Positions 34,150 to 46,269 of a stretch of DNA of 64,000 nucleotides are shown piece by piece. The notes below the pieces were generated by a model that was given only the letters and a program-made list of their open reading frames with translations, made no database searches and was not told the DNA's origin. The first letter of the stretch is position 1; every line of letters starts with the position of its first letter. A program made the position numbers and the translations under genes. Source of the DNA: Prorocentrum cordatum. Its lineage: Eukaryota. The stretch covers positions 62,001-126,000 of the forward strand of contig CAUYUJ010000103.1 in NCBI GenBank assembly GCA_963575745.1. Direction: 5' to 3'.

Positions 34150-36299
34150 ATCCAGTGGCAGATGATCAAGGTTTTGTTGGGGGATTTCTAGTTCCCCCAG
34201 GCTGCTTTTGCTGACCTAGCCAAGCAGACATCATGTACTTCTGCTCAGCTGAAAGCCATGCATGAATGGGCGTTCTTGCAGGCTATCCAGGGCCGCGATG
34301 TGGAAGAGCATGATTTGAAGACGGGAGCTCATGGGGGTTAGTGAAGTCATGGAGGAGGAGTTTGCGGAGGTGGGCAGGATGGCGAAGGAGACAGTTGAAG
34401 GGGCGGCGACTTTGCGGGACAGTGGCATTTTCTTTCGGCAAGTGTGGCGTTGCGTTGTGCCCGCCCAGTGGTCCCCTGGCTTGAAAGGGGGCCCTGATGG
34501 GGGCGACGTTGCGCTGAACTGTGGGCCCCGTCGTCTTGAAGTGCCCCCCTGCAGCGGGAGTCCCCAGCATCCAGGTTAAGGCGTGCAGTGGCAGCAGGGA
34601 GATGGTTCCAAACTGTTTTGCTGCGCTCGTCAGGCTTCGATCTCTGGCTCGAAGGCAAAGACAGAGGGCCTTTTTCTGTGCCCGAACCCAGGGGCGGGCC
34701 AGATCTCCAGCTCCGCCCGCCTCCCACATACCTAGGAGGCTCTCCCACCGCATGGGGAACTACCCTTGGGCCCAGCAAAGTCGGACCGAGGGGGCTCGAT
34801 TGTGCTATCTGCGTCTTGAAGAGCGGATCCATCCCGGGGCGCGTTGTGGAATCTCCCATGGCAGCTGACGGTCCCACGGCAGGGGGTGTTCACTGCCCAG
34901 CCGATGCTGAGGGCCTTGAGGGGATAGGAGTTGACCAGCTCGCAGGCTGCCTGCTAGTTCGTGCATCGGGGGGATCCTTCCCATAGGGTGAGTGCGGGGG
35001 CAGCTCGGGTGACTTTGTGCCCAACTGTAAGAACGTGGGCTCCTCGGCATCTGAGAGTTCTAGTGGATCGCAGTCGTCGGATAGCTGATCTGGTATTTGC
35101 TCAGGTGACACAGCGTCGCTGTTTTTGTTCCCCCTCCTGGTTGGGTTTGCTGATGAGTTCTGCCGCTTCCCTCGCCCGCTTCCTTTCAGTGCGTGGAACG
35201 CCCGTTCTCTCATTGCATCTATCGCGCCCTCCTGCCTCAGGGCAAGTTTGCATTTTCGACTTGCTATGACATTTGTTAAGTGTCACCGGGTTGCGTGCTT
35301 CTAGGAGACAGTTCTGTGTCGAGAGCTAAACTCGATTCTCTCTGATGATCTCAGCTAAGGTACACTCTTTGGGAGTTTCGTCGGCGATCGGGCTGCGGGG
35401 GGGGGTCGCCGCGAATCTCTGCGATGAGCTCTTTGGTCGGTTCCGGGAAACGTTCCCCGTTGAGGCGGAGACATGCAGGACGGTTTTCGTGAGGTGTTCT
35501 GGGGAAGCAGGTGGCTCTGCTGCAGTGCATGTCTATGCGCCGAACACGCGTGACCTGCGGCAGGTCGTCGCTGTTCTTCCTCCTGCTTCCCGCCGCATGG
35601 TCGCGGTGGCTGGCGACTGGGACTTCGTCCCAGTGGGGCGTTTTTGTGTGTGTGTGTGTGGGGGGGGGGGATGGGGAATTTGGACGTGGGCATTGGCTGC
35701 AGCGCGATGCTTCTCCAGAGATTTGCAACTCGTTCTCTGAGCTGCGCCGGCCAGGCCTGACGCGCGGGGATATTGTGCGTGCTTCCTTCTACCAGAGGGT
35801 TCTCGAGATTGGATCGGATTTGTTCGCGACTCTTTGCTGGCGTAATTCTTGGGATGGAAGTCGCCGTCAGTGACGCGTGCGCCCCTGCCTATCTGAGCCT
35901 ATCTGGGGGCCTCGGGCTTCGCCCCGGCGGCGGCGGCCCCTGCCCTGCCCGGGCCCAGGGGCCACTTCGCCATCTCCGCGCGGGAAAATGTGCGCCCGAC
36001 GCATCGGAATATTGCCTTTGAACTAATGGCTGAGGTCGCGTTCCGTTCGGACTCTTCGGGCGGAGGCGCAGTCTTGCGCGGTGGCAGATGAGTTTCGCGC
36101 GTCTCTCCGACGCAGGCATGCGCCGAACAGTGTTGGGATGTTATGTTTCGCCTGTGTGGCATCTCTGTGTCCATGCTCTTTTCTGCTGCTTTGTTCTCTT
36201 TGCTTCCCTTGTTATGATAGCTGCGCGCGCCCGTCGCCGCTTTGCAGAACCAGCGGCTTGAAGCGGAGCTTGGGGAGTTTGGGCGCGGCAGAGGTGAGG

Positions 36300-36334
<35 letters not shown>

Positions 36335-37912
36335 TCTGTGTGTGTATGTGCGTGTGTGTGCGCGTGTGTGTGTGTGTGTGTGTGTGTGTGCTCGTGGGTG
36401 CGTGTGCGCGCGCGCCGGCTGCCGCGCGCGCTTCGCTGTCTGCTGATGCGCTCTCTCCGTCTCGTCGTTGCGCGCGAGGCCACGATCGCCGAAAGTGTGT
36501 GCGTGTGTGCGTGTGTATGTGTGTGTGTGTGTGCGTTTGCTGCTGCCTTCAGCTCGTTCTCCGCTGTCGCTCATGGGCGCTCTTCTTCTTTGGTCCACGC
36601 ATGGCTGGTCGCTCTTCCCGCCGCCCTGTCCCGGCGGGCCCGCGTCACCCCCTGCCTGCGCCGAAGTTTATTTTGCTCGCGCCCCTCCCCGCCATCCATG
36701 TCCAGGCCTGGATGGTTATGGCTGTTGCAAGGCGCAGCGGGGCCCTGGGGGCCTCTGAGTCTCTGAGAGCTCGGCCCTGCGTGGGCGGGCGTTTCGCCGC
36801 TGGGATTTGATTTCTCACGTCCCATCGCCGCGCGCGGGGCCGCGGCGCCAGAAAATGTGCGCGCTCGTGCGTGCGCGAGAGAATGTGCGCGCGGGATCGA
36901 GCCGAGACAGGAGAAGAGGTTGGGTGCCCTCAAGCGCGGCTGGGCGTCGATAGGGCGGCTCGTTGGTTCTCGGGGAGGGGGGGGGGGGGGCGGTGCGGGG
37001 GCGCGGCCGCGCGCCGGCCCTGACCTGCCTGCCGGCGCGAGCTTTGGCCCCCTGCTCGGGGGAGGTATGCGCGCTCTCTCCCCGTGGCGGACGTCCTTGG
37101 GCCTCCGTCGCATCTTGCGTCCAGACCGTCGAACAGATCCCGACGTCTCCGCGTCGGCGTTTGGGCTGGGGGGGGGGGGAGAGGAGAGGTTGGCTCAAGA
37201 GGCGCCCGCCCCAGGGGGTCGACGGGGCCCTTTGCGCTTGCTGGGCGGCCCATGGGCCCATGGAAGCCCCTTGCCCGGCGTGCGGAATCGATCGAATGGT
37301 TTCCCAGGGCGATGGCCCAGTCCTCTAGGTGCCGCTCGCCCCTGTTCCCTTTGCAACGCGTGCGCCGCGGCTCTCTCCGACTTCTTCGGGTCAGGGCTGG
37401 GGGCCGCTGCGCCCAGCGCGGTTGTGGAGGGGCGATGGCCCAGTCCTCTAGGTGCCGCTCGCCCCTGTTCCCTTTGCAACGCGTGCGCCGCGGCTCTCTC
37501 CGACTCCTTCGGGTCAGGGCTGGGGGCCGCTGCGCCCAGCGCGGTTGTGGAGGGGCAGAGGGGGCGGAGTGAGTGGGGGCAGATATTTTTGGGTAGCGCC
37601 GTGGAGGCGGAAGAAAGAGGGGTCCATTCGGCCCGCGAGGGGGTTCGACAGATCTGGCGTTATGTTCGCTGGTTCCCCTTCGGCGTTTCCCTGGTTGATA
37701 TTGTGCGTAGTCGCCTGGAAGCGATGGGCATCCCGAGGGTGGTCATTGGTGTCTTCTCTTTGCTGCGTCGTAGTAGCATTTCGGTCTCAACTTCGCTAGC
37801 GTTGAAGAAATCAGGTTCCCAGTTGGAAGGCGTGAGACAGGGTGGCCCTGCGTCGATCACATTGCTTGGTTTCGCGTGGATTCCTGTATTGCGACGGATT
37901 AGGTACCTCTAG
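34150..37912 (+). mobile_element. LINE-C 5' part: ORF1 end, APE endonuclease and N-terminal RT relic
   Basis: SAWNARSL (~35188), ACF*ET, GGVA, HVYAPN, AGDWDF, SRLDRIC, RPCSLCN, LEAMGIP and GVRQGGPAS..PVLRRI. Confidence 0.8.
37307..37556 (+). repeat. Near-perfect 123-bp tandem duplication inside the LINE-C RT
   Basis: Two copies with a 123-bp period and one visible mismatch (CTTCTTC vs CTCCTTC). Confidence 0.95.
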
Positions 37913-38339
37913 ATCGGCATAGTAACCCCCGCCACCACTCACATCAAAACCCATCCAATTTCACCCTCCGCAGCGCCCCCCCCCCGAAGTGCGCCCATGC
38001 AATTCGAGCAACATAGAAAGCGCAGTATGAGCGCAGATCGCATGAACTGCGCCAGCCGTCTCTTCGCGCGGTCGATCGCGCGGCCCGCCGGCATTGCGCG
38101 GCGTCGGCAGCCCTCGGGGCCCGCCCGCTCTCGGAGCCGACGCCGCGCAAGGAGTTTCGCGCGAGCCTCGCGCTGGTTTCGCCCGAGCCGCGCTCAAGTC
38201 GCGTTGGGTTTCCGCGCGGGCCCTGCGCCGTGTTGTCACGGCCCACTGTGCGACTTTCGTTATGTTTCGCGCACGGCTTGCGCCGGTGCCCGCGGGCATT
38301 TGGAGGGCCCAGGAACCCCCGCATGGGCGCCGTGCAAGC

Positions 38340-39262
38340 CCCGCGCGGGCCCCGTGCGACAGTTGCCCAGTTCGCCGCCCCCCAAGCAGCCGCGGGGTCT
38401 CGACTGGATCCCCTCGGGCCCACGCTCCGCTGGACCTCCCAGGGGCTCGTGGAAGTGGCCCGCGAGTTCTCGGCGGGATCCCCGCGGGCCCCCACTCCGT
38501 TGGACGTCCCAGGAGCCCGTGAGAGTGGCGACAGTTGCGCGCTTGCGCTCCCCAGGGGGCCGCGAGGTCTCGACGGGATCCCCGTGGCCTCGCACTCCGC
38601 TCGACGTCCCAGGAGCCCGCGAGAGTGGCGCCAGTTGCGCACTTCGCAACCCCCCCGGGGAGCCGCGGGGTCTCGAAGGGATCCCCGCGGGCCGCTCCGC
38701 TGGACGTCCCAGGAGCCCATGAGAGTGGCGACAATTGCGCAATTCGCAGCCCCCCAGCGAACCGCGAGGTCTCGACAGGATCCCCGTGGGCCCCCACTCC
38801 GCTGGACGTCCCAGGAGCCCGGGAGAGTAGCGACAGTTGCGCTTTTGCCAGCCCCCCAGGGGGCCGCGAGGTCTCGACGGGATCCGCGTCGGCCCCCATT
38901 CTGCTCGACGTCCCAGGAGCCCGCGAGAGTGGCGACAGTTGCGCACTTCGCAACCTCCCTCCAGGGAACTGCGAGGTCTCGACGGGGTCCCCTTGGGCCC
39001 CCACACTCCGCTGGACGTCCATGGAGCCCATGAGAGTGGCGACAGTTGCGCACTGCGCAGCCCCCCCAGGGGGCCGCGAGGTCTCGACTGAATCCCCGTG
39101 TGCCCCCACTCCGCTGGAAGTGCCGGGAGCCCGCGAAAGTGGCGACAGTTGCGCTTTTCGCAGCCCCCCAGGGGACCGCGAGGTCTCGACGGGATTCCCG
39201 TGGGCCTCCATTCTGCTGGACGTCCCAGGAACCCATGAGAGTGGCGACAGTTGCGCACGTCG
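38340..39262. repeat. ~102-bp minisatellite, about 9 copies
   Basis: GAGAGTGGCGACAGTTGCGC-like cores at 38521, 38621, 38721, 38823, 38925, 39032, 39135 and 39237. Confidence 0.95.
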
Positions 39263-39289
39263 CATCCCTCCCCTAGGGAGCCGTGAAAA

Positions 39290-39610
39290 GCAAGAAGCAA
39301 GAGAGACGAGGAAGAGGAGGAAGAGGAGGAAGAGAAGGAAGAGGAGGAGAAGCAGGAAAAGGAGGAGGGGGGAGGGACGGGGCGCGCAGTGCTCTATTCA
39401 AAACGAGAGCCGAACACAGGGGTTGGGAACGAGAGCCGAACACAGGAGGGTTGGGAAATAACAAGCAGGAGGAAAGAGGAGGAATAGGAGGAAAAGGAAG
39501 AAATATGACGACGAGCAGGAGGAGGAATTGGAGGAGGAGGAGGAGGGGGGAGGACGGAGCAGACAGTGCTCTATTCAAAACGAGAACCCAGCACAGGAGG
39601 GTTGAGAACA
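39290..39610. repeat. Purine-rich (GGA) tracts each closed by a CAGTGCTCTATTCAAAACGAGA..CACAGGAGGGTTG motif
   Basis: Motif at ~39388 and ~39564, with a partial copy at ~39428. Confidence 0.7.
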
Positions 39611-40639
39611 ACATCTGTGGTGGGTGGTGGTCCTCCTCCCCCATGATATATTTTATGGAAAGACCTACCAATCGAAGAATTACCCCTGTTAGCCCTTTGG
39701 CCAGGCCCGGCCAACCCTCCAGGCCAACGCCATTCGGCCAACCCTGGTCAGGGTAATTCCCTGCATGATATGAGTAGCGCCGCACGAGAAACCCCAGTGC
39801 CCCCCTCCCTCTGGGGGGGCGAGAAGATGCAGATACCGCTATGCCGCGGACCTCTCGCAGGGGTTGTTCCGACCAGTATTCCGAGGCAATTCGGGCCGTG
39901 GTGACGAGGGCTCTCCAGGACGAGCAGCGCCATCGGTATCCTTTTCTTCCGCCGACCCTATCCCCCCAGCGCTCCACCCCCCAGCGGCGCGGCATGCGCG
40001 CGGGGGCTCGGAGGCGCCTTCACCAGGACGGAGCACGGGCCGCCACTTCTGGCCCCATCGCATCCAGGACTCCTCCCCTGGGGGCCGCCAGCCCCCCGCC
40101 GCGCGCGCCCGGGCGCCCGCGGGTCGCGCTGCGCCTGGCCGCCCTCGGCGAGCGCTTCCCAGCCGGAGGCCTCCCGACCCCTGGCCTTGCCCGAGCCCTT
40201 CGGCCCCTCCGAGCCCCAGGCGCCGGCCGCGCCCGGGTCTTTGCCCAGCCCTTGCCGCTCGGTTGTTCACCCAGGAGCCAGGCCGGCGCTTAAGTTGTTT
40301 ACTAGACTTTTCTGGTTCGTTTGCTAAACGACCTTTTTCTTGAACATCAGCGCGTTTTCTTCGGTTTTTCGGTTGCCCCAGAAAAGTTTAGTAAGCAACC
40401 TGTCCTTGGTTCTGGTCAACGGAATTGTGGCGGCAACTCTCCCAGGTTCTCGCCGTGGTCCTGCGTCCTGGGTCTCGGTCCTCTCCTGGGTGTGATGGGC
40501 CCCAGATACAGCGTGAGGTCCTTTCCTAGGTCCCGCTGGCTTCTGGGTGGCAGGCCCTGGTCTCTCGTTTTGCCCGGGCCCCGTGTCTTCCTCGCAGGGC
40601 GCAGTGTCCCCGGCCCAGGGTCGTGGTCCGTGGGGGCCG

Positions 40640-40960
40640 AGTCTCCAGGTTCCGAAGGGTCCTGTGGGTTCTGCGAATCCTGAAGGTCTCGAGGGCTTGA
40701 AGGTTCTGAGGGGCCTGGCGGGTCCGACGGGTCCCAGGGGTCTGAAAGTGATGAGAGTTCTGAGGATTCTGAGAGTTGTGAGGGTTCTGAGGCTTCTAAG
40801 GTTTGAGGGGCTTCTGAGGGCTCTGAGGGCCTTGAGGGCTCTGAGGGTTCGGAGGGTTCTGAGCGTTCTGAGGATTCAGGGGGTTCTGGGGGATCTGAGG
40901 GTTCTGAGGATTCTGAGGTTTCTGCTGGATCTGAGAATTCTGAGGGCTCTGACGATTTTG
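40640..40960. repeat. 9-bp minisatellite (TTCTGAGGG)n
   Basis: Seen directly. Explains the SEP/SEG repeat ORFs. Confidence 0.9.
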
Positions 40961-41799
40961 TGATCATTGATTTTTAGGCCGCCGCCTGGTGGGCCGTGGA
41001 GGCCAGGCCAAGCAGAACTGCGGCCCCGGTGGGCTCCCAGAGGGACCCCGCATGGGGCTCTGGCGGGCTCCAGGAGGGACCCTTGAGGGCCCCCAACAGT
41101 ATCATGCCAAAGGCCTCTGGCATCATACTGTTGGGGTCTGTTTAGACGGCCCTCCAGGGCCGCCGAAGGGGCTTCCGGGGCCGCCAAGGGGGCCGCGGGG
41201 GCCGCCGTTGGGGGTTCCGGGATCGCCGCCAGGGCCTCCGGGAGGCCTTTGAGGCTTCCCGGGGTCCCTGGCGGCGGCCCCTCTTTCGCGCCTCCGCTGG
41301 GCTGGGGTGCCCGCGAGCGCCGGTTTCCAAATTTGCAGTTGGGAGTCGGCGCCTGGCGCCCCTTCAGGGCGCGCTCACTGCACCATCCAGCAACTGAAGC
41401 GCGCGGCGCGTCGTGCGCGCGCGTGCGTTCGATTGTTTTGCTGCGGTCTCCTTCGGCTCGCGCGTTCGCGCCGCCGTTCGCCGCTCGCGCCCGGGTTCTC
41501 GGCGCTTCTGGCCGTCGCCCAGGGGGGCCGTCGTGCGCTCTCTTGTCTTCGGCCTGCGCTATCAGGCTGCCGCGACCCATCGAACTTCATCGGGTGCCCC
41601 TTGCGTGGCCGACTCGCCGTGGCGCGCTGAATTCTGAATTCCGATTGTAAGCTTGGGCGAGGGGCCAGGCAGTGCTGCTGTCGCGCCCAGTGGCTTCGTC
41701 ACCAGGCGGTGGCTCGCGCTCGCCTGGTGTCCTGCGGTCGACGAGGCGCTCGGCAGCGCCTGTCTAGATCATGGATTTTGGTTGCGCCCCAGGGTGGGT

Positions 41800-42450
41800 T
41801 CGCGCGACGCCCGCGAGGTGTTCTTGCGGTTCGCTTGGGGCTCGTGCGCGGTCTGCGCGGGTCCGCGCGGTGTTCGCGCGGAAGCCGCGCCGGGGTTCCA
41901 GGTTGGGTTCGCGCGGCGCTCGCGCGACGTCCTGGGCATGAAGGTTTCGCGCTAGATTAGCGGGGCCTCGCGCCTGGGATCCGCTGGGCCCCCGAAGGAT
42001 TCCCGCGCGGATCGACAGGGCCCGCGGGGAGCTCGCGCGGCGCATGCGCTGGGCTCGCGCGGCGACCTCACGGGGCCTTGGGTTCGATCGGATTTCGCGG
42101 GGTTCCGCAGGCCACGTCGGGTATTCCCTGCGTCTTGCGCGAGGTTCGCGCGGGGTTTCCGCAGGACTCGCGCGGGTCTACGTGGGCCTCGAGCAGGGCT
42201 ATGCGGGGCTCGCGCGGGGCGCGCGGGCCGCGCGCGGGGTTCCCGCAGCGTTCGCGCAGGGCTCGTGCGCGGTTTGCTTATGGCTCTCGCGAGGTTCACG
42301 CGCGGTTCCGCGGGGCCCACGCGAGGCTGCGTTCGGGCCAGTTTTGGGATGGTGTAGGGCTCGCCCCGCGTTCTTGCGGGATGTGCACAAGGCTTGCGCT
42401 ATGCTCGCGCGGCGGGGCGCAGTGCTCGCGCGCGCCTCGCGCGGGTCCAC
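41800..42450. repeat. Degenerate CGCGCGGGG(T/C)T-type GC-rich short-period array
   Basis: Recurrent GGTTCGCGCG / GGCTCGCGCG units. Confidence 0.6.
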
Positions 42451-42829
42451 GAGGCTTTGTTCGCTCGGGGGACAGGCGGCCGGGGCGCGGAGATGCGACA
42501 AATTTGCGCGGGTGTCGGCACGAGCTTTCCGCGCGCAGTGGTGCGGCACTACAGTGCGTTTAACGTGCGCAGCATTGTTTGGACACTGTTTGGCTGGCAA
42601 TTTGCAAAATGCGTTGCGTTGCGGGGCCCTCGGGGCAGGCGAACTCAGCGCATGGTGCTCGCCGCCCTTCCCAGTGCACCCAGCGCGAGCAATCCATTGC
42701 ACGCGCGCCCATGCGGAGTTCCGCGACGAAGGCAGGCCCACGACTTACCCCGCAGCATGTTGTACACCACGTGGGGGCCTGTGTTATTTACTACAAAATT
42801 CTGGCCGGGGGTGGGGGCCGCTACTTGGA

Positions 42830-43960
42830 TCCTCAGCGCCGTCGCTCTCCTCGTCTTGACTATGAGCTTGCCCATGCTGGCTGCTGCTGCTTCGGACTCC
42901 CGAGTGCTCTGGCGGGCCTCGTGCTAGCCCTCGCGATGGCAAGCGGCCCCCCCTTTACGCATAGGGAAATGCTGCGTCTGTGTTCGTGGGTCTCTGCGGG
43001 GGGACAGGCTGTCGGAGCGTGTGAAAGCGAGGGGCTGTGAATTCTCCGCCTCGGTTTCTGGGTGTGCCCCACTGCGCGTGCTGTTCTGGTAGAGAATTAA
43101 GGTGCTGCGCTCCCTCGCCCTTGGGCCCCCAGCGACGACCCGCCGTTTCCATTCGCGCTGTCTTTCAGTCTTGGAGTATCGGGCGCAGCCTGCCATGACT
43201 GTATCAGAGGTGGCGCGTCAGCACAGGGAAGTGTCGCAGATCCTCTCGGCGGGGCCTCGACATGCGCTAAAGTGTTGCATGCTGCAAAGCGCTAGACGAG
43301 GCCTGGTCTGATTTCGGGTTCCTCACTAGTGGTCGGGACGACGATGAATGCGGCCCCTTTAGGTCGGCCCCGAAGGGTGGGGCAACTCGATGATCAGGGA
43401 CGCGACTGACGGCGCCGCAGGCATTCCAGGCCCTCACTTTTTGAGGGGTCGTAAGCAGATCCAGGCGAAGGCGCGCTGACATCTTCGCGGGATTCGCATT
43501 CAAGCTGCTCCTCTTGTTCACCTCCAAGCTAGAATCGGTCGTTGGCCATGTGAGGTCGAGCTTGCCACTATGTCGTCTCGTCGGCTCAGTCTTCGGGCGT
43601 TGGAAAAGCTACGTGTACCCCTCTCGCAATTGAAATTATTTGGATCCTGTCCAGGGTTGTTTGCGCTTTCGCACGCTTCCACCATGAGGACCGGTGATGC
43701 TGTTTTTGGTGTTGGGGGCCCTGATAACATGCTTCACTATAAGCGCTGCTCGGTCCTCAAGACATTGGTTCGCCAGTGGGTCCCAGGTGTCTTTAACTTG
43801 CCCGCAGCGTGGGAGATGATCTCGAGGGCGAGGACTCCTGGTTCAGCCTGCTGAGTATCTTGGGGTCGAAATCGGGCAGAGATCGGGGCGTGTCTGCCGC
43901 TGCTTATTCTGGCGCCGCCCTGAAGGCGCGCGCCCGCCACCGGTCTCGGCGCCGCCTTGA
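42830..43960 (+). pseudogene. LINE ORF2 C-terminal relic, probably the continuation of LINE-C
   Basis: LRLGFWVCP (KYLGxxxGP-like), CLSVLEYRAQ, AGPRHAL and FGVGGPDNMLHYKRCSVL (degenerate CCHC finger). Same strand as LINE-C and picks up where its RT stops. Confidence 0.6.
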
Positions 43961-44864
43961 GTCCATCCCAGGTCTTTCATGCCCGTCTGAGGCTTCTTGC
44001 CAGGGTATCCATGTTTTTTGTTTTGTGTGTGTGTGTGCGTTTTCGTTTTTTGTTTGTTTTGTTTTATCTTCCCCCTTCTTCCGACAGGGTTTGAGGTGCG
44101 TGTCTCTGAATTGCTTGTATGTCCTTCCTATTCCTGCGTCTGCTCCCCGCTTTCCTCTTCCTCTCTTCTCGGCCTCGTTCTGTACACCCACTTGTCCATT
44201 CTTTACACACTCGTAGTCACCATTGCGCCGTGCCTGACCGTCATGGTATCGATGGTGACTCCTTTGCTAGTCCCCCTTAATGCCCAATTTAGATGTTGTC
44301 TGTCTGTTTTTCGGTGTCCTCAAAAAAGTTTCCCGGGTGATCCCATGACGCCTCCAACGGTGGACTTCGTTGCGTGACAGAGTACGTTGTGGGCTGAATT
44401 TAGCAGTGCATGCGCCTGCAGGCGTGCCAGTCCTCGCAATAGGCTGTGCGCCGCAGCCTTGCCATGGGCTTCCTTACGCGGGACGTTTCGCAGCGTTTTT
44501 GTAGGAAGTCAAGCAAAGGCTTGTTTAATTATGTTGCAGGAGATTTTGAAACAGTCCGATCTGGGCTTTGCCGCTGAATTCCGGTGATTGCCCTGTGCAG
44601 CTCGCGCGTTGCAGCTTCGTCTCTTCCGCGTGTACAGTATTGCCACACAAGACAGCGAATTATCTCAAGTGTGCCCGCCATGGCACGTGTGCGTTTTGGC
44701 GTGCGAGATACGACGCGTTCTTCGGACACGCATCTCAAACCGTAGGAGCTACCGTTTGCCTGCGGCAGGTCCTGTCGCCGTGCCGACTGTTCGAGTGTCA
44801 TGGGTGACCGTCACGTGGGACATCTCGAATCCGCAGGCATGGGGGAATCCTCGTGCGTTATGGG

Positions 44865-45190
44865 GATGATAAGGATGATGCTGCTGCGGAAAAGGAGGAA
44901 GATGAGGATGAGGAGGAGAAGGAGGAGGTGAAGGATGGGGGGAGGAGGAGGAGGAGGATGTGGAGGAGGAGTAGGAGGAGGACTGTGATAGAGAGAGGAG
45001 GAGGAGGATGAGGAGGAGGAGGAGGAAGAGGAGGAGGAGGAGGAGGAGGACGAGGAGGAGGAGGAGGAGGACGAGGACGAGGAGGAGGAGGAGGAGTATG
45101 AGGAGGAGAAGCAGGAGGAGAAGGACGAGGAGGAGGAGGAGGAACATGAGGAGCAGGAGGAGGAGGAGGAGGAGAAGGAGGAAGGCCGTC
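44865..45190. repeat. (GGA)n microsatellite
   Basis: Seen directly in the sequence. Confidence 0.95.
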
Positions 45191-46269
45191 ACAAGTGCTT
45201 TTTTTCGTTTTCACTTCTCCAGGAACTCTCATGGAGCTCATGTGGGCCGTCCTGGGATGTCTTGGGTTCCTGCAGGGCAGTCTTGGGGGTCCTTGGGGAT
45301 CGTTTTGGGCCCTTCGTGGGCCTTCTTGGGGTCCTCTCAGGCCGTATTGGGCCTCTCTTGGGCCGTCTTGGCCCTATGGGGGGTGATTTGGGGCCGTCGT
45401 GGACGTGTTGGCGCCGCCTAAGGCCTTCGAAACGCCTTTGCGGCCGTCTGTGGTCTCTCCGGAGGCTCTGTTTGGGAGGTTTCGAGGCCGACTTGGAGGC
45501 CCTTCGGGCCATCGCGAGGTCCTTTCGGGCCGTCTTGGGACTCTCTCAGGGCTTCTTGGGCCGTCTTGGGGCCATTTTGGATGCTTTGTGGGTCGTCTTG
45601 AGCTGACGGAACCCGAAAAAGCGAGAATGGGAAAACCATTCAAAAGCATTTTGGATTTTTCTGGTCTTGACTTTGCGGACCCTGTCAGGGGTCCTGCTTT
45701 GTTTGGCCCTCCTGGGCGCTCGTGGAGCCGTCTTTGGCCTTGAGGCCACATTGGGCTGCCTTTGGGCCATCGTGGGCTGCCTTCTTGGCGGCCATCTTGG
45801 CGGTCTCCGTTGCCTGCCTGGGCCGTCTTGGAAGCTCGGGTGCGCGAGTCCACGGATCGTGGCCTCGGGAGCGCGGGCCATTTATTGGTTAAGGAAATTG
45901 TGGCTTCAGCAGGGGGGGGCGTTGCATGCACATGACCGTGGTGAGGAGCGGGGGGTTCGTAGCAACATGTCGTTCCTAACCTTCCCTTCGCTGCATCGGC
46001 GTCTCGATCCTTGGGCTTCAGGACAGCGCACTTTTTCAAATCTTCCCAGTACCCACTTTTGCCCGGGGGTCCCGGAGCCGTTTTCGGGTTGCGCCAAGGG
46101 CGGTTTCGGCTTCAAGAGGCTTCCAAGATGGCTTTGGAGGCGGTCAAGACGCCAAAGGATGGTCCACGATGCGATTCAATATAATTCCAGGGCGCCCCCA
46201 AGAGACCACAACATGCCTTGAGAGAAGTGAATCTATGGGTAAGTGGTAGCGTGGGCCCTAAACACTAAG

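Noticed and set aside
37190..37199. TTGGCTCAAG, a 10-nt match to the SL
   Set aside because: It lies inside the LINE-C ORF2 relic with no downstream gene start, so it is probably chance.
38340..39262. CRISPR-like regular array
   Set aside because: The whole unit is repeated with no unique spacers, there are no cas genes, and the context is eukaryotic.
37944..39461. 430-aa repeat-protein ORFs on both strands
   Set aside because: The unit length varies (100-107 bp) and is not a consistent multiple of 3, and several frames are open at once. This is a minisatellite.
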